From: the human T2T-CHM13v2.0 reference genome, Homo sapiens
Strand: one strand, 5' to 3'
NCBI RefSeq assembly: GCF_009914755.1
Contig: NC_060932.1
Length of the DNA stretch: 64,000 nt
Below, in pieces: positions 27,411-47,036 of this stretch. Each line of letters starts with the position of its first letter. Position 1 is the stretch's first letter. The position numbers were made by a program, and so were the translations under genes. Under the pieces are notes generated by a model. That model searched no databases and was not told the origin of the DNA. It saw only the letters and a list, made by a program, of their open reading frames with translations.

Positions 27411-28102
27411 TCATCTTGTTTTTAGTTTTTTTTTTTTTAAATGTCTTCTAGGTTTTATGCCTTGCTTAAGAAGGCTTTCTCTGCTCTAAAATTAAATACA
27501 GACAACTTTTCCCCCAAGCAAATTTCTCCTAAATTTTATTCTATCATTCTATTTATTTTATTCTTTTGTGGTTTCACATTTCCACTAAAAGCTTTGATCC
27601 ACCTGAAATTTATTCAATGAAGAAATGAGGTGAGGTCTTTACATAATTGTTTTTCTAGATGGCCAAACTATTGTGCCAATGCCATTTATTAAGCAATACA
27701 TAATATTTCCCTCACTTGTCTGAAATCCAGCCTTTATTATAGATTAAATTCCTTTGTGTATTTAAGACTATTTTTTAACTCTTCAGTGTGTTACATTGAT
27801 CTATTTATGCCTATGAAGCAACTATTTATTTAAGTTTATACAATGTTTTAATATCTGGAAATGTTGTGCCATCTAATTAGTCTACTTTAAAAAAATCTCT
27901 CTGGTTATTTTGCCTTTTTTTTTTAATGCAAACTGGAATCAGCTTCTGTAGTTCTTAAGAAAACCTGATTTGAGAGTGAGGAGAAGGGAAGGGATTCATT
28001 AAACTTTATGAATAACTTTAGTATAGAGTTGATATCTTATTCACATCATGCATTCCTATAAAAACAAATACGTTTTGCTCTATTTATTTAAATCATCTTT
28101 GA

Positions 28103-28464
<362 letters not shown>

Positions 28465-28560
28465 TAAATCTTTCTCTTTTATTACGCTGGTCGGGATTGG
28501 CAGAGGATGCTTTCAGTATTTCACTGTTGAGCATAATGGTGCCGTTGGTTTCTTGGCTAT

Positions 28561-28805
28561 TGTCTTAGTGCAATCAGACTGCTATAGCAAAGTACTGGGT
28601 GGCTTATAAACAACAGAAACTGATGTCTCACCGTTTCGTAGGCTAAAGGTCTGAGATCCGGGTGCCAGCACAGAGGGGCTCTGGTGAAGTCCTTCTTCTT
28701 AGCTGGCTAGTTTCCTGGCCTCTCCACCTCTAAATGCCATCACATTAGGGATAGTATTTCAACATATGAATTTTAGGGGTGTACAAACATTCAGTTTATT
28801 GCAGC
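28561..28805 (-). mobile_element. MLT1-type MaLR LTR fragment
   Basis: ctgggtggcttataaacaacagaaa...atttcaacatatgaattttagggg...acattcag. Confidence 0.75.
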
Positions 28806-29003
28806 TGTTAATAATTTTTATATTTTTTTCCCCTTGTTTTCTTAATATAGTGATATCAATCAATAAATTTCCTAATTTTTTTTGAGTAGTTTTGCATTCC
28901 TGGGATAAGCCTTACAGGGTCATGTTGTTGTTGTAGTAGTTGTTTAAATAATAGGTTCAGTTCATCAATATTTTTCTGAGGATTTTATGTCTGTATTCAT
29001 CAC

Positions 29004-29180
29004 GATCCCACTACTTACTGGGGTTGTGGCCTTGGGTAAATTACTTAATTTCTCTTAGTTTCTCATCTATAAGAAGGGAATAATAGTGAGAGATCTTGCC
29101 TCCCAGCATTATGGTGAGGTATATAAACCTTAGAACAGTCTGTGAGACATGGTAAACACTCAGTAAATGTTCTCATTGTT
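29004..29180 (+). mobile_element. MIR
   Basis: ccttgggtaaattacttaatttctc...agtttctcatctataa...acactcagtaaatgtt. Confidence 0.75.
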
Positions 29181-29190
29181 GTTATTGTAA

Positions 29191-29680
<490 letters not shown>

Positions 29681-30089
29681 TGAAGGTTGCTGGGCCCATG
29701 AAAGTCCTTGACTAACCTTTCAATGTCTTCTATGCTCCCTTTGTGTATCTGCCGAGGCTTTCACACTAAGGCGAAGTTTCAGCATTTATGTTTTACAGGA
29801 AGTCATCAGCTTCAGGTCTCCCTTATCTCACTGGGTCTGTCTTCTCACCCTTTCTTCATCAGATTTTACCTCTCCTGCTATTCTCTTCACCCCAGCCCCA
29901 CTCTTACACACATACACATACATTTACATGCTCATACCCATATGTGCACACACACAGGACAGTTCAGTGCTTTTATGAATACTTGGCTAGAAAAACTGGA
30001 GCCACAGTACATTAGACTTACACAGTGATTCCTGTGGATAGAACTGGGACCAATAAGTGAAAACAAAGAGACTTTGTCTCAGTTTATGT

Positions 30090-30465
30090 ATGTGTTAGTC
30101 CAGATGCTCCAAGAAGCAGACACCATGATGAGGTTAAACATGCGAGGATCTTACTAAGGGAATGCACCTGTGAGGGAATGGAGTAGGGGAGCTAAGCAAG
30201 GGAAGGAGAGCCCCCAGACTCTGAGGCAAGCCCAGCCCAAGGGCTGGAGAGGTACCCAGCAGTCTAAGAAAGCTTCCTCAAAGCCCTAGGAGTCCTTTAT
30301 TTTGTGCCATCAGAGGAGTCCTGCATCTGCCATGGAATCTGGGTCAGTACAACCTCTGGCTGGGAGCAGCCCGTGGGAGGCCTGGCTGCAGCTGGGCCCA
30401 TGGGCAGCTGCTCTCCCGGCAGCTGGAGTGCTGCAAGGTGCCTGCTAGTGGCTGCCACAAAGTGA
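30090..30465. mobile_element. Old ERVL/MaLR LTR fragment
   Basis: tgtgttagtccagatgctccaagaagcagacacc...gccatcagaggagtcctg...ggctgggagcagcccgtgg; similar to 36806-37210. Confidence 0.6.
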
Positions 30466-30617
30466 AAGTTTCCTAACAACTCGAGCTTTCTGCCAGTGGA
30501 ATGAAGAGCTTTTTCAGGTAGTGACTTATTTCCAGAGATGTTTAGGCAGACGAATGTTAGGATGGGGCTCTCTGTTTGAGGGAGAAAGTCTCAACCTTTA
30601 AGTTCCACTTCCATGCT

Positions 30618-30946
30618 CACTTTTCTCTCTCCTCCTCTTCTCCTTCCTCCTCTACTCTCTGTCCTTCCCCCTTTCTTCTCTTCCTCCTTGTTCTTTCTTC
30701 TTCTCCTTTTTTCTTCTTCCTTTCCTTTCCTTTCTTTCCCTTCCTTTTCTTCTTTCCTTCCTTTCCTGCTTCCTCCCTTCCTTCCCCCCTTCATTTTCCT
30801 TCCTTCCTTCCTTCCATCCTTCCTTCCTTCCTTCCCTTGTTCCTACCTCCCTCCCTCCCTCCTTATAGGGATCACTGCAATGAGGTCTTGAAGTAGGAAA
30901 GAGAGAATAGACTCAACTCCCTCTCTCTTTCTCTCTCTCTGTCTCT

Positions 30947-30994
<48 letters not shown>
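30618..30994. repeat. CT-rich tract (30618-30862) plus (TC)n and (CA)~22 (30950-30994)
   Basis: Directly visible. Confidence 0.93.
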
Positions 30995-30996
<2 letters not shown>

Positions 30997-31490
30997 TAAT
31001 ATTATATATGAGGTTGGGGTGTGGCCATCACTTTTCCTACTTCATCAGCTTTTCTTACAAATTTAAAAAATGTCTTATGATGCTTACATTCCACAGTTCA
31101 ACATCCTCTTCCCCTCTCCCAGCCTGAGAATGTCTTTCTTCCCAGAGTCCTGTCTCATTGTTGACAAGTTCAGGAACTACAGGTTTACTTAAGTCACGGA
31201 TTCTGTCCTTGTTACAATATAGTGAGGAAAAAGAAAATGTAAAATGGGACCAGGAAGCCTATGTCTCTCCTGCCATTTCTGCTCTTTCCACCCTTCAGAG
31301 TCTGTTGAAAACCAAGACGTGTTGCATGCTGGGCACTGCATTTTCATGTTTCAGTGAGAGGCAGCTTAAGTGTTTTCACATGGAAGCCTTTCTCCCGTGA
31401 GGCATGCCCGCAGTGCAGAGGTTGGATGGGGGGTGATTTCCAGGATCAAGGAGATAGGGTGTCCAGGAAAGCCTGGGGATTGCACCTAAG

Positions 31491-31505
31491 AGGTCAGCTT
31501 GACCT
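31491..31505. promoter_or_regulatory. Perfect consensus oestrogen response element
   Basis: AGGTCA gct TGACCT, an exact 15-bp palindromic IR3. Confidence 0.75.
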
Positions 31506-31619
31506 TCCTCTTCCCTTCTTCTCTGGCGAGTTTCCCATTACAAACTCCTCCTGTCTTTTGCCAGCTGACTGGTGTTGGGGCCACTGTAGTCTACCAAAGA
31601 CAGCTTAAGAATATTGCAC

Positions 31620-31870
31620 TTTACAATAATGTTAATATCAAGCTCTTTCATAGTTACTGTACGTAGTGTGTCACAGGCACCCCTCTAAGCACTGTCCATG
31701 GATAACTCAATTCTCGAATGACATCTGTGAGGGTTCATGAGAAAATGGGAGCGCAGGTTGGCTCAGTAGCTTGTCAGAGGTCACAGGGCTGACAGGCAGC
31801 AGAGATGGAACTTGAACCCTGTGGTCTGACTCTGTGGTCTATGAATGTAACCTCATGCTTCACTGCCTGT
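31620..31870 (-). mobile_element. MIR
   Basis: ctaagcactgtccatggataactcaatt...gaggtcacag...ggcagcagagatggaacttgaaccc. Confidence 0.65.
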
Positions 31871-32155
31871 TTCCTGAAAAGGGACCAAATGGGGTTTTGA
31901 TCTCCTGCTTCTCAGGAGGTCCGGTGCCCATTTGCCTACTGCCTCCCTCCAGAAACCTGGTGGTTTAGTGGTTGACAACTGACAACCACAGACTGCCTCT
32001 GGGCTGCAGACATGTTGCAAATGACCCACATAATATTTTCTTAAAATATAATTTTAATTTTTATCAAAGAAGTATATTTAGTTCAAAATATCAAATCATA
32101 CTTAAAACAATCTGTAAAAAATAGTAGTTTCCCCTACTCTTCTCTCTGATTCTGA

Positions 32156-32489
<334 letters not shown>

Positions 32490-33974
32490 ACCTATTACTT
32501 CTTGTTTACCTCCATATGTCTCAGAAATAAATACTGCTATTTCTTGATCTATCATTTTACGTATTATCTATTCACTTCCAACCATGAAGATAAAGGTTTG
32601 GCTCTGCCACAACCCACTTGCATGAATCAATTGTTTCTTCACTTATTGCCACCATCTGAAACCTGCTTGCATGGACTTTTAAGGCCAGTGAAAAGCCTGG
32701 GCATTTGAAGGTGTGGCAGGGTGGAAAACTCACATACCTTGGTTAAATGTTCTGGATCAAGTTCACTCCATATCTGCAGGACAGCATCATCCTGTTCCTG
32801 TGGTGGGATGCCTTTGGGTTTTAGGTCAGTCCTCTGCTTGATCATGGAGTCCTGGGGCCTCTGCTTCGATTGAGGACCGTCGCTTTGGCTCTTCACATCT
32901 CCCCTTTCCACCTTCACATCTCCTAGTCACTAGGGCTAAAAGTAAAGGGAAGCTGGGGATACTGGAGCCATGTCAATAACTCACAGTGGAAAACTCTTAT
33001 GGAACTTCATCCGGGGCTTTCAGCAGTCTTCTCCCTGCCCCCTTCCCAGTTTTCCTTCCTTCAAAGGGTCTTACTGCATTTATCTCCCATTTTGTTTTCA
33101 GTTTTGCTAAGTTCCTATTCTCTGCTGAGGATGATTCATGGACGCCTCCTTCCACTCAGCCTAACCCCTCTGGATGGACCAGTACCCCCGGGACAACAAA
33201 GAGTGCAGGGAAAGTGTCCAGGCAGCTGCCACAATAACATTAAGCAAGCCACTAATGGCCACCAGCGCAAAGGGCTGTGCTGTCAGTCTAGTGGACTCTT
33301 TCTGCTAACAAAATCAGGCTGCATTTTGTATTTGATTCAGCTCTGCAAGACACTTTCCTTGGGCAATATTCCAACAGTTGTTGGGGAGTCTGTGTAGTTA
33401 AAAAAATTCTCACTTTCCTCAGAGACAATGTAGACAAGATGAGGCTTTCATAGAGCATCAGACAATATAAAAAGTACAACACTGACCTTTGTTTTTTCTT
33501 CAGACTTTCATGCAAGCATCACAAATGTAATTAAGCAGCTATAGTTCCTAGAAAGCTTTAAGGCTTTATGCTTCTTGCAACCCTACCTGACTTTCTAACA
33601 GGATTGCTTGGCTAGCACCTGCTTGATATGAGTGAACCTGGGAGAGAGAACTCCACATTTTTGTGCAGCAGTGACACCAGATAGAAGAGACAGGCAACTC
33701 GGGCTCACCAGCACCTCGCTTATTCCCACTACATCACATGGCCAGCAGGAGAGCCCATGTAACTGCAGGGTTCTAGAAGTTCTAGAGCTTTCAGGCTCCA
33801 CACACTCTTCCCTCCTGTAACACAGCTCACCCTTCTGATCTGAGACTTCCTCAACAGTATAGCAGCCTTTTCCTAAACTCTTCTGTGAATCTTCCCCCAT
33901 ATCACATACTTCCCTGCCTCTAATAATCATATCCTCCACCTCCTTGTGACTTTCCCTATTAGAAAATCATTAAT

Positions 33975-34258
<284 letters not shown>

Positions 34259-34939
34259 TCACCTCCTCACTTGTAGGAACTCCACTTGACTTCTGGTGTG
34301 TTTGGTTACAAGAATATAATACAACCATTCTGCAGTGCCTGGTCTTCAGCTATTTTTGCCATTGCCTCCCTGCTCATCACCCATGCCACATGTTTTCTTT
34401 CTATGCACTGATCAATGTCCCTTCAACAGAACGATTCACTCCAAGTCAATGAGTTAGCTCTGCAAGTATGAGATCGTTCTGTGCTGCTTCTCTTTTCTCC
34501 CATACTAGAAAGACCCCCAAGTTCTTTCCATCTCTGCTAAAGTCTGAAAGTGGAGGTAATGACATCTCAAAGAGTTTTCTAAGGTGTTGTCTACTCCTTT
34601 GGGCTTCTGTCCATGTTGGGAGGATATTAGCAAGCACTCTACGTAATTTGTTGATTTAACTTCTGTCTCCTGTGCTGCTGTTTGTGAGGCACATTGGTAT
34701 GAAAATCTTCCATTTCCCCCACTGGCCTCGTCTGTTGGAATGTATGACATGGGGCTGTGCAGTTGACAAATTTTTGAGATGTCTGCACACTCACATACAC
34801 ACATACACAATTTCTGTTAGGTTTTATGGGAGAGTGGGTTTGTAATGCAGCCCTACTCTAATGCCTTTCACCTGAAATCTCTACTCATTTTTAGGTGTTT
34901 CAAGTTTTGTAGTCAAAGTTATCACTTTTTCTTCATTGA

Positions 34940-35397
<458 letters not shown>

Positions 35398-36179
35398 TAA
35401 TTTAAATAAGCTAACATACAAATGACCTTCATCCACATCACACACACCCCACCCTAACCCTAAGTGTATTGCAAACACACATATGTACGTATATATGAAG
35501 ATATATGTATATGTGCATGTATATTCACATAACATATGCATATACAGATAAAAGGCTTTCTCCCCCATCTACTCACTGCTAATAATCAATTTAAAAATGA
35601 GAATATTTTAAAATCCATGCACAGATCCAGGACTAGAGGACTTGAGTGCTTATAATTATTGTCTAATTATTGAAAAACAAATAATTAGTTCTTATTTTCC
35701 TAATAGTTCCATTAGAAGCCCATCTAAATTTTAATCAGGCAAACTCAAGTTTAATTGGCTTTTATTATTTCCAGCATTTTAATTTTAGATCAAACTTATC
35801 ATAAAGTCAATTTGTTTGCCCTATCTCCTTTTCTAGAAGGGACATCTTGTGTAAGCAACATATTTTGTATGGATTTTATACAGACTTTCCCATTACTTTC
35901 TTGTGGAACACTTGTAAGTTTCTAATCTATTCTCTTAGCTTTAAAGACAGAGGTGGAGTCCAACATTTCTACCATAGAGTATCTCTGTTACACAACTTTG
36001 GAGGAGATTATAGACTGATTCACGTAGTATGTGAGGTTACAAATTGAGTGAGACATAATACCCACTTGCACAAAGATGTAAAATTTAAGACGGTTATCTG
36101 AATAAAGAAAATGGCAGAAAATAATGACTGCCTTGAAATAAAGAAAAGGGCTACAGAATCTTAAGGAAGACCTTATAAA

Positions 36180-37402
36180 GATGATTTTTCTCATTATGCA
36201 GAAAGTAATCCTTAGTTTATCCTTCCTGGGCCATTTCAGTAACTGCCTTGTTGGTCTCCTACAACCTCTTTTCTGTTCAATCCCACGCAGCAGACAGGGT
36301 GATCTTTTAAAGGTCACAAGAGAACATCTTGTGTTTTTAAAAGATCACCCTCTGTATGGATTGAACAGAAAAGAGTTTGATCAAGATGTTCCCTTCCTAA
36401 AGACCTCACATGAGTACCCTGTGCACTTAGCATACAAAATGTAAAATCCTAAAAGTGAATTACTAATCCTGGCATAATCTGGCCTCTGCTTATCTCTTAA
36501 GTTTCATCAGACACTGCCCTCTTCCTTCTTGAAACATTATGGTCCAGCTATACTGCCCTTCATTTAGTCCTTCGATTGGGAGAAGTTCCAACCTGCCTCA
36601 GGGACCTTGCACATGCTGTTCCTGTAATGACATTCCTTCCTCTTTTCCTTGAGAAATTCCTCCTCCTTCTGCAAGTCTCAATTTGTGTTTGAATACTTTC
36701 ACAGTAACCCCATCCTAAGCAGCCCCATCTCAATCTAAATTAGATCCTCCATCAGTCTGAGTTCTTCGTGATGAATAATCTAAGATAGGATTACTCATGC
36801 AATACTTGTATTAGGGGAACCACCTGTGAGAAAAAAATACAGAGGGAGCTGGCAAAGTGGGGGAACTGTCAGACAACAATGTGAGTCTGACTTGGAGTGA
36901 AGAAGAGAGGGAGGAAATGTTGAGCAGAAGCTTCCAGGGCTGCTGTGCAGTCTAAAGAAGATGCAGCAGGGCCATGGGGTGGGGGTGAGGGTCTTTGAGT
37001 CAGAGCCAGCCATCAGAGGAGTCCCTGTTCCCCAAGAATGTGCCGCTTTGGTAGTCCTACCACACATGATCGCTGGCTGGAAGCAGCCCATGGCGAAGTG
37101 TGGTCTCCACACAAATGTGGTGATAAATTTCAGTGACGGGCAACAGGATCTTTGGCCCATGATGCTTTCTGTGGTTGGAGGTGTTGTGAGGTGCTCCTGG
37201 CTACCACATGGTCCCCATGATATTTTCTCTTGTAGCACCCTGTACTTTTCTTCATTAACACTCGTCACATCTGCAGTTGTATATTCTTCTGTCAGAGCTT
37301 CACCAGGGCAGAGACTGGGTCTGTCTTTTTCATCGCTGTATCCCAGTACTCAAAGCAGTACCAGCTCACAGTAGGTGCTCAGTTAAGACCTGTCGAATGA
37401 AT
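36180..37402 (+). mobile_element. L2 3' region with nested old LTR (~36806-37210)
   Basis: cctgcctcagggaccttgcacatgctgttcc ... cagtaggtgctcagttaagacctgtcgaatgaatg (L2 terminus). Confidence 0.7.
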
Positions 37403-37849
37403 GTGATCTTAACTTTCATGGTTTTTAAGTAGCAGTGTTTCCGTTATTTAACAAGACATAACTTCCATGATAAGATTTTTTATTACATCTTTATACTTGG
37501 ACTTATATACCTAGGGATTAGGGCCGATTATAAAAAAAAGTTTTAAAAATGTAATTTTTTGTTAGCTTTTAGAGAACGCTGTGGTAATAAGCTGACTTGA
37601 ACTAATCAATTCGTAGATGAAATGCTCCTTAATAGGAGAGACTGTGTCTGGCTTGGTCAACACTGCCCCCTGCACCTAGCTCAGAGCCTGTAGTACAGCA
37701 GGAGCTCAATAAAGGTTTGTTCAATGAACTGAGTGGGAAATTTAGGGCAGGGGTGTGAATGGAGGAAGAAAACTTTGGTAGGAAGCTGTTTGTAATTTTG
37801 GTTTTGTCCTCATGGAAGAGTGCTTATATGTTTGCAAAGCACTAAAGAT

Positions 37850-37925
37850 TTTTTTTAAATATATATTTTTATTATACTTTAAGTTCTAGGGTACATGGCC
37901 CAAGTGTGTGATGTTCCCCTTCCTG
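37850..37925 (-). mobile_element. Short L1PA 3'-end fragment
   Basis: tttattattatactttaagttctagggtacatg, joined to gtgtgtgatgttcccc (internal deletion). Confidence 0.75.
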
Positions 37926-37949
37926 GCAAAGGACTAATGATTAACCAAC

Positions 37950-38245
37950 AGTATGCAGTTGGTTCTTCATATCCAAGGTTCCAAAACTGTGGGTCTAACC
38001 AGCTGTATTTCAAAGATAGTCAGAAAAAAAATAATAACAATAATAACAATAAAAATAATACAAATGAAAACAATATAACAACTATTTTCCTAGCATTTAC
38101 ATTGTATTAGGTATTATAAGTAATCTAGAGGTGATCTAAAGTATATAGTAGGATGTGCATGGGTTATATACCTAAAATACCAGGCCATTTTATATACGAC
38201 ACTTGAGCATCTGTGGGCCTGGAACCAATCCCCTGTGGATATGTG
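37950..38245. mobile_element. MER2 (Tigger) DNA transposon
   Basis: agcatttacattgtattaggtattataagtaatctagag...ggaaccaatcccctgtggata. Confidence 0.8.
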
Positions 38246-38474
38246 TCCTCCAGCAATTTGTCCTTGAATTATTTCAGTGTTAACAAAATAACTGTGTAAT
38301 CCCAGGGAAATGGTATAACCTCTCTGGACTTCAGTTTTCCTATTTGTAAAATGAGAAGTTTGGAGTGGATGATCATGAAGATTTCTTTGCAGCACTTGTG
38401 TGCTACAGGTCTATTCATAAACACAAAAATGAGTACCTCAGGCCATTGCCAAGCCTTACAAATACAAGTATGTT

Positions 38475-38530
38475 TATACATATACATATACATATATATA
38501 TATATACACACATATACATATATATATATA
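38475..38530. repeat. (TA/CA)n microsatellite
   Basis: Directly visible. Confidence 0.9.
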
Positions 38531-38612
38531 AACATCTATATCTGAGTTGTTTTGGAATTGAAGTTGCATGAAATATAACTTGCTTTTTTTTTTAACTTTA
38601 ATTTCTAAATAG

Positions 38613-39019
<407 letters not shown>

Positions 39020-39230
39020 TGAAGAGAGAAAGGTGTACAATAAAAACCTCTTTCCTTGGAGAGGGGAACTGCATAAAGATGACTGTGACCATGCTTTTAT
39101 GTATGAAGCAGAGGAAAGGAAATCAAGAATGTTGGATGCTATGGAGAGAAAACACCCAAAATTATTAGTTCCCCACTACCACCCGTCCCAGCTTGTTTCT
39201 TCAGTCCAGTACTTTTATATCCACTGAAAG

Positions 39231-39529
39231 TTTTTTTTTTTTAAGGGGGGTGGGGTCTCACTGTGTCACCCAGGCTGGAGTGTGGTGGCACATCACGGCT
39301 CACTGCAACCTCAATCTCCAGGCCTCAAGTGATCCTTCCACCTCAGCCTCCCAAGTAGCTGGGACTACAAGCATGCACCACCATGTGTGGCTAATTTTTT
39401 AAATTATTATTTGTAAAGATGGGTTTTTGCCATGTTGTCTGCTTGGTCTTGAATTCCTGGGCTCAAACGATCCTCCCACCTCAGCCTCTCAAAATGTTAG
39501 AATTACAAGTGTGAGCCACTGGCCCAGCC
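39231..39529 (-). mobile_element. AluJ
   Basis: Minus-strand dimer. Confidence 0.9.
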
Positions 39530-39859
39530 TTCTTTTCCATTTATATTCAGTTGCATAAGCTATATATATATTTAAAACCACTAAATAAAGACAAATCACG
39601 CACCATCCCACCTCCAAAAGTTACTTGTTTTGCTTTCTTCTGGTTCATAACCTTATTTGTTTTGACTCACATACTTATTGGTTTAACGCAGTTGCTACCA
39701 TAATCACCAATCATCAGGTGCGTAATAGAATGCCCCACCATTTGGATTTGTCTTATGTTTTCTCTTCAAGATGTGCCTCTCTCAGGGTATAACTTGGTTA
39801 AGGTAGTAGCTGCCAGGTTTCTGCACTGAAAAATCACTGTTTTTCTCTTTCCAAATAAT

Positions 39860-40700
39860 TGAATCACTTTGGATTGTTTATATTTTTCCAGAAATGTTCC
39901 CATTTTGTCTGTTTTCAAATATTAGCATGAAGTGATTCACAAAATTGTCTTTTTTCAGAAGAGAATTGTCACATCTAAAATTGTCTTCCTTTTCTAATAT
40001 TTGATTATCTTTGCCAGTTTGTTAGTTTTCTTTGCCATTTCAAAGAACCAATTTTCATCTTAAATTGTCCTTTCTGTCAAGTCTTTACTTCGTTAATTTG
40101 TTTTATCTTTATTACATCCATCTTTCTAAGTTCTTCAGGTTAATTCTTTTATTTTTTTCTAACACGTTACATGCTTAGCTCTTTAACTTTTTAGCCTTTG
40201 TTCCCATCTAACATAAGCAGTTAAAGTATGAAATTTGCCTCTAAGTGCTGATTTATCTATATCCCACAACATATAGTATTTTATCATGGAGTTCTAATTA
40301 AAAAAAAAGCTTCCTTTAAGAGCTGTTCTTTGACCTGTGAATATTTAGAAAACTATGTTATAATTTCAAAACATATAGTCTTTAAATTTCATCTTCTTTG
40401 CTGTTGGTTTAAAATTTAACTATGTTGTGGTCAGAGAATTTGGTTTGTATTATAAGAGTTCTTTGAAATGGGTAGAGTCTTGCTTAATGGCCTGATATTA
40501 GGTCAGTTTTCTTATGTATCATGGGTACTTAAAAAATAATACTGGCTTTAAAAAAAAAATCCAGTTTGAAAGTATTTATCTTTTGAAGGTAGGGTTAACC
40601 CATTTTCATATATTATAATTGCTGATATATAGAGTCTTGTTTTTTCTATGCCATATCATTATTTTTATTTTTGTTTATTTTTGTTGCATTGATCAACATA
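39860..40700 (-). mobile_element. Old L1M ORF2 fragment
   Basis: T-rich; ttcaaagaaccaatttt, aatttgcctctaagtgctg, gttgtggtcagagaa. Confidence 0.7.
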
Positions 40701-40702
40701 TC

Positions 40703-42953
<2,251 letters not shown>

Positions 42954-43020
42954 GCTCTTTAATTTCTATATCCTATCTTTATCCTAGTAATTGTTACCCT
43001 TGAACTTTTAATAAGCATAA

Positions 43021-43305
<285 letters not shown>

Positions 43306-44181
43306 TAGTTTGGTATTATATTTAAGAATTCTTTCTTAGTGGCATACATTTCATTTCTGTGATCAGAAATCAGCTACAATTAATATTTTACTGACTTATT
43401 TGATATTCTCTGATGGCTGTATCAATTTTCTTCTTTATCCATGCATCTCTTTCTTTACTTTGGCTGAAGGGATAAAGTTTTCAAAAGGGATATATGAGTG
43501 GAATCGTTTTTGAATCTTTTCACGACTAAACAGGTATTTTATTTTGCCATCACACTTTATTGATCTTTTGCTCTGTTTAGACTTTCATGTTCAAATCCCT
43601 TTCCTCTTGTCTAGCAGCATTTAGTGATATGGATGAGAAGTTTATTGGCTGGCAGTTTCTAGTTCTGTTCTGTTGAATGTTACTTAAGTTTTTTCCCAGT
43701 ATTTGTAGCATTTTTAAATTTAATCTTCAACCCAAAAATGTCACCAGGATATGAATAGAAGTGCCACTTTTTCATTATTCTTTCCAACACTTCGGTGCCT
43801 TGCCAATACTCAAGTTTTTTTTCAGCTGTAAGACATTATTATTCTACTCTATTCTAGTCTTCTTTTGTGTATTTGTTTCTTCCCTTTCATCCTCTTCACT
43901 GCTTTCTTCTGTAACTCTTGTTAAATTGAACTTTATACCTGTAATCATCCTGCATACCTTTTAACTTTGTCTTATGATTTTTTGTTTGTTTAAAAACTGG
44001 ACAATGCTTTGATTGCTCAGTTTATTAATTCATTTTGTGCTGTCTTTCCTATTCAGTCCTCGTACAAACTTTTATTTTTATTCTAAAAATCATGTAACTT
44101 GTTTTGTGGTTCTTGGTTTCTAGTAGCCTGTGCTTGTGTTGTAGGTGCAGTAGCTTCTTTTTACCCCCGTCTCTTTTCAGA

Positions 44182-45397
<1,216 letters not shown>

Positions 45398-46702
45398 TTA
45401 GCATTAATTATTTTCCTCATAAATAACCTTTTTTGCTCATCTTGGGGCTTCTCTTTTACTCATGTAAGGTTTCCTTAAATTTCCTTACATTCTCAGTTCT
45501 CATATTAAAAGTGAAGAGTTAGACTGAAGACCTTTCAGCCCTGGCAGGGGGCCGCTCTCTTGATGGAAGCTCTGGCCACAGGCTCTGAGGATGCCTGGAG
45601 GGTCCTTTGTATATATACAAGTGAGGCCCAGCAGGGTAAGCTGGGGGTTAGACACATGAAAGGACTTTCCTGTTGCTTTAAGCTCATGTTTTTTGTCTGT
45701 TGCCTTTGTGGCAGTTTGAAGTTACTCTAGGTGTTTTACCATGTTATTTCTCTCTCTGGCCCTAGGAACCCCAAAGGCGGACTCCTCTGTATTTAAGAAG
45801 CCAACTAATGTTGTAGTTAGTTCCATTGGGCACACTGTACAGGAACTGGCTTAGCCATAGGCACTGAAGACTTGAGTTTTCCAAGCTCAGAGAGAAAAAC
45901 AGTCCTCAAGCACACATTAACCCTTCCTGCACCAAAGGTGGGGTGCAGCCTTCTCAACTCTGGCTTCTCCTTTATTCCAGTCTCTTCTGCTTTCTATCCC
46001 CTAGAATTGCATTAACATTTCTTTTCCATATTGGCTGTAAACATTAGAGGTAAACCCATGAAATGGTGTTTAAATGGAAATCGGTCCTGCAGGCTTGTAA
46101 AGTGCTTTTGTGCTTTCTCTCTTACTGCTAGAGATTCAACTGCTGTAATTTCCTCAGAAAAACTGACTCTCTCTTTAATTCTCAAAGCTAATTTGGTTAT
46201 AACATAATTCTTTCCTTTAAAAATCATATTTTTGTTTGCTCTTAAATATAATAGTTCCCTTATTTCCCAATTCTTTAATCTATATTTCTGTTACATGAAT
46301 CATTTGCTATCATTTTTCTGCAGGACATTTAAAAATAGATGACCTCTAGTTGTATTATACTAAAGATAAATTAGGACTTGCTACCCATCACCCCATTCAA
46401 TTCATTCAATAAATATGTGTTGCCTGCTTTCCTGCCTGATATGTACTCTCTAGATTGTTCCAGGACCTTGGAATTCTACAAATAATGTAAACTTGTTGTC
46501 TTTCTTCAGGGAGCTTACAAACTCCGCTTTTGCATAATTTCTCTATTACTCTGAATTTGGATATCATCCTCTGTTATATTGGTCTTTTGTATCCTGTCTG
46601 TTTATGAGTTTTCCCTTTTCAACTAACTTTTTTCTAATTGTGAAAATAGAGCATGGTCAAGAGTAGGAAATAGAGAAGGATGCATAAGAACTCAGGCTCC
46701 GA

Positions 46703-47036
<334 letters not shown>

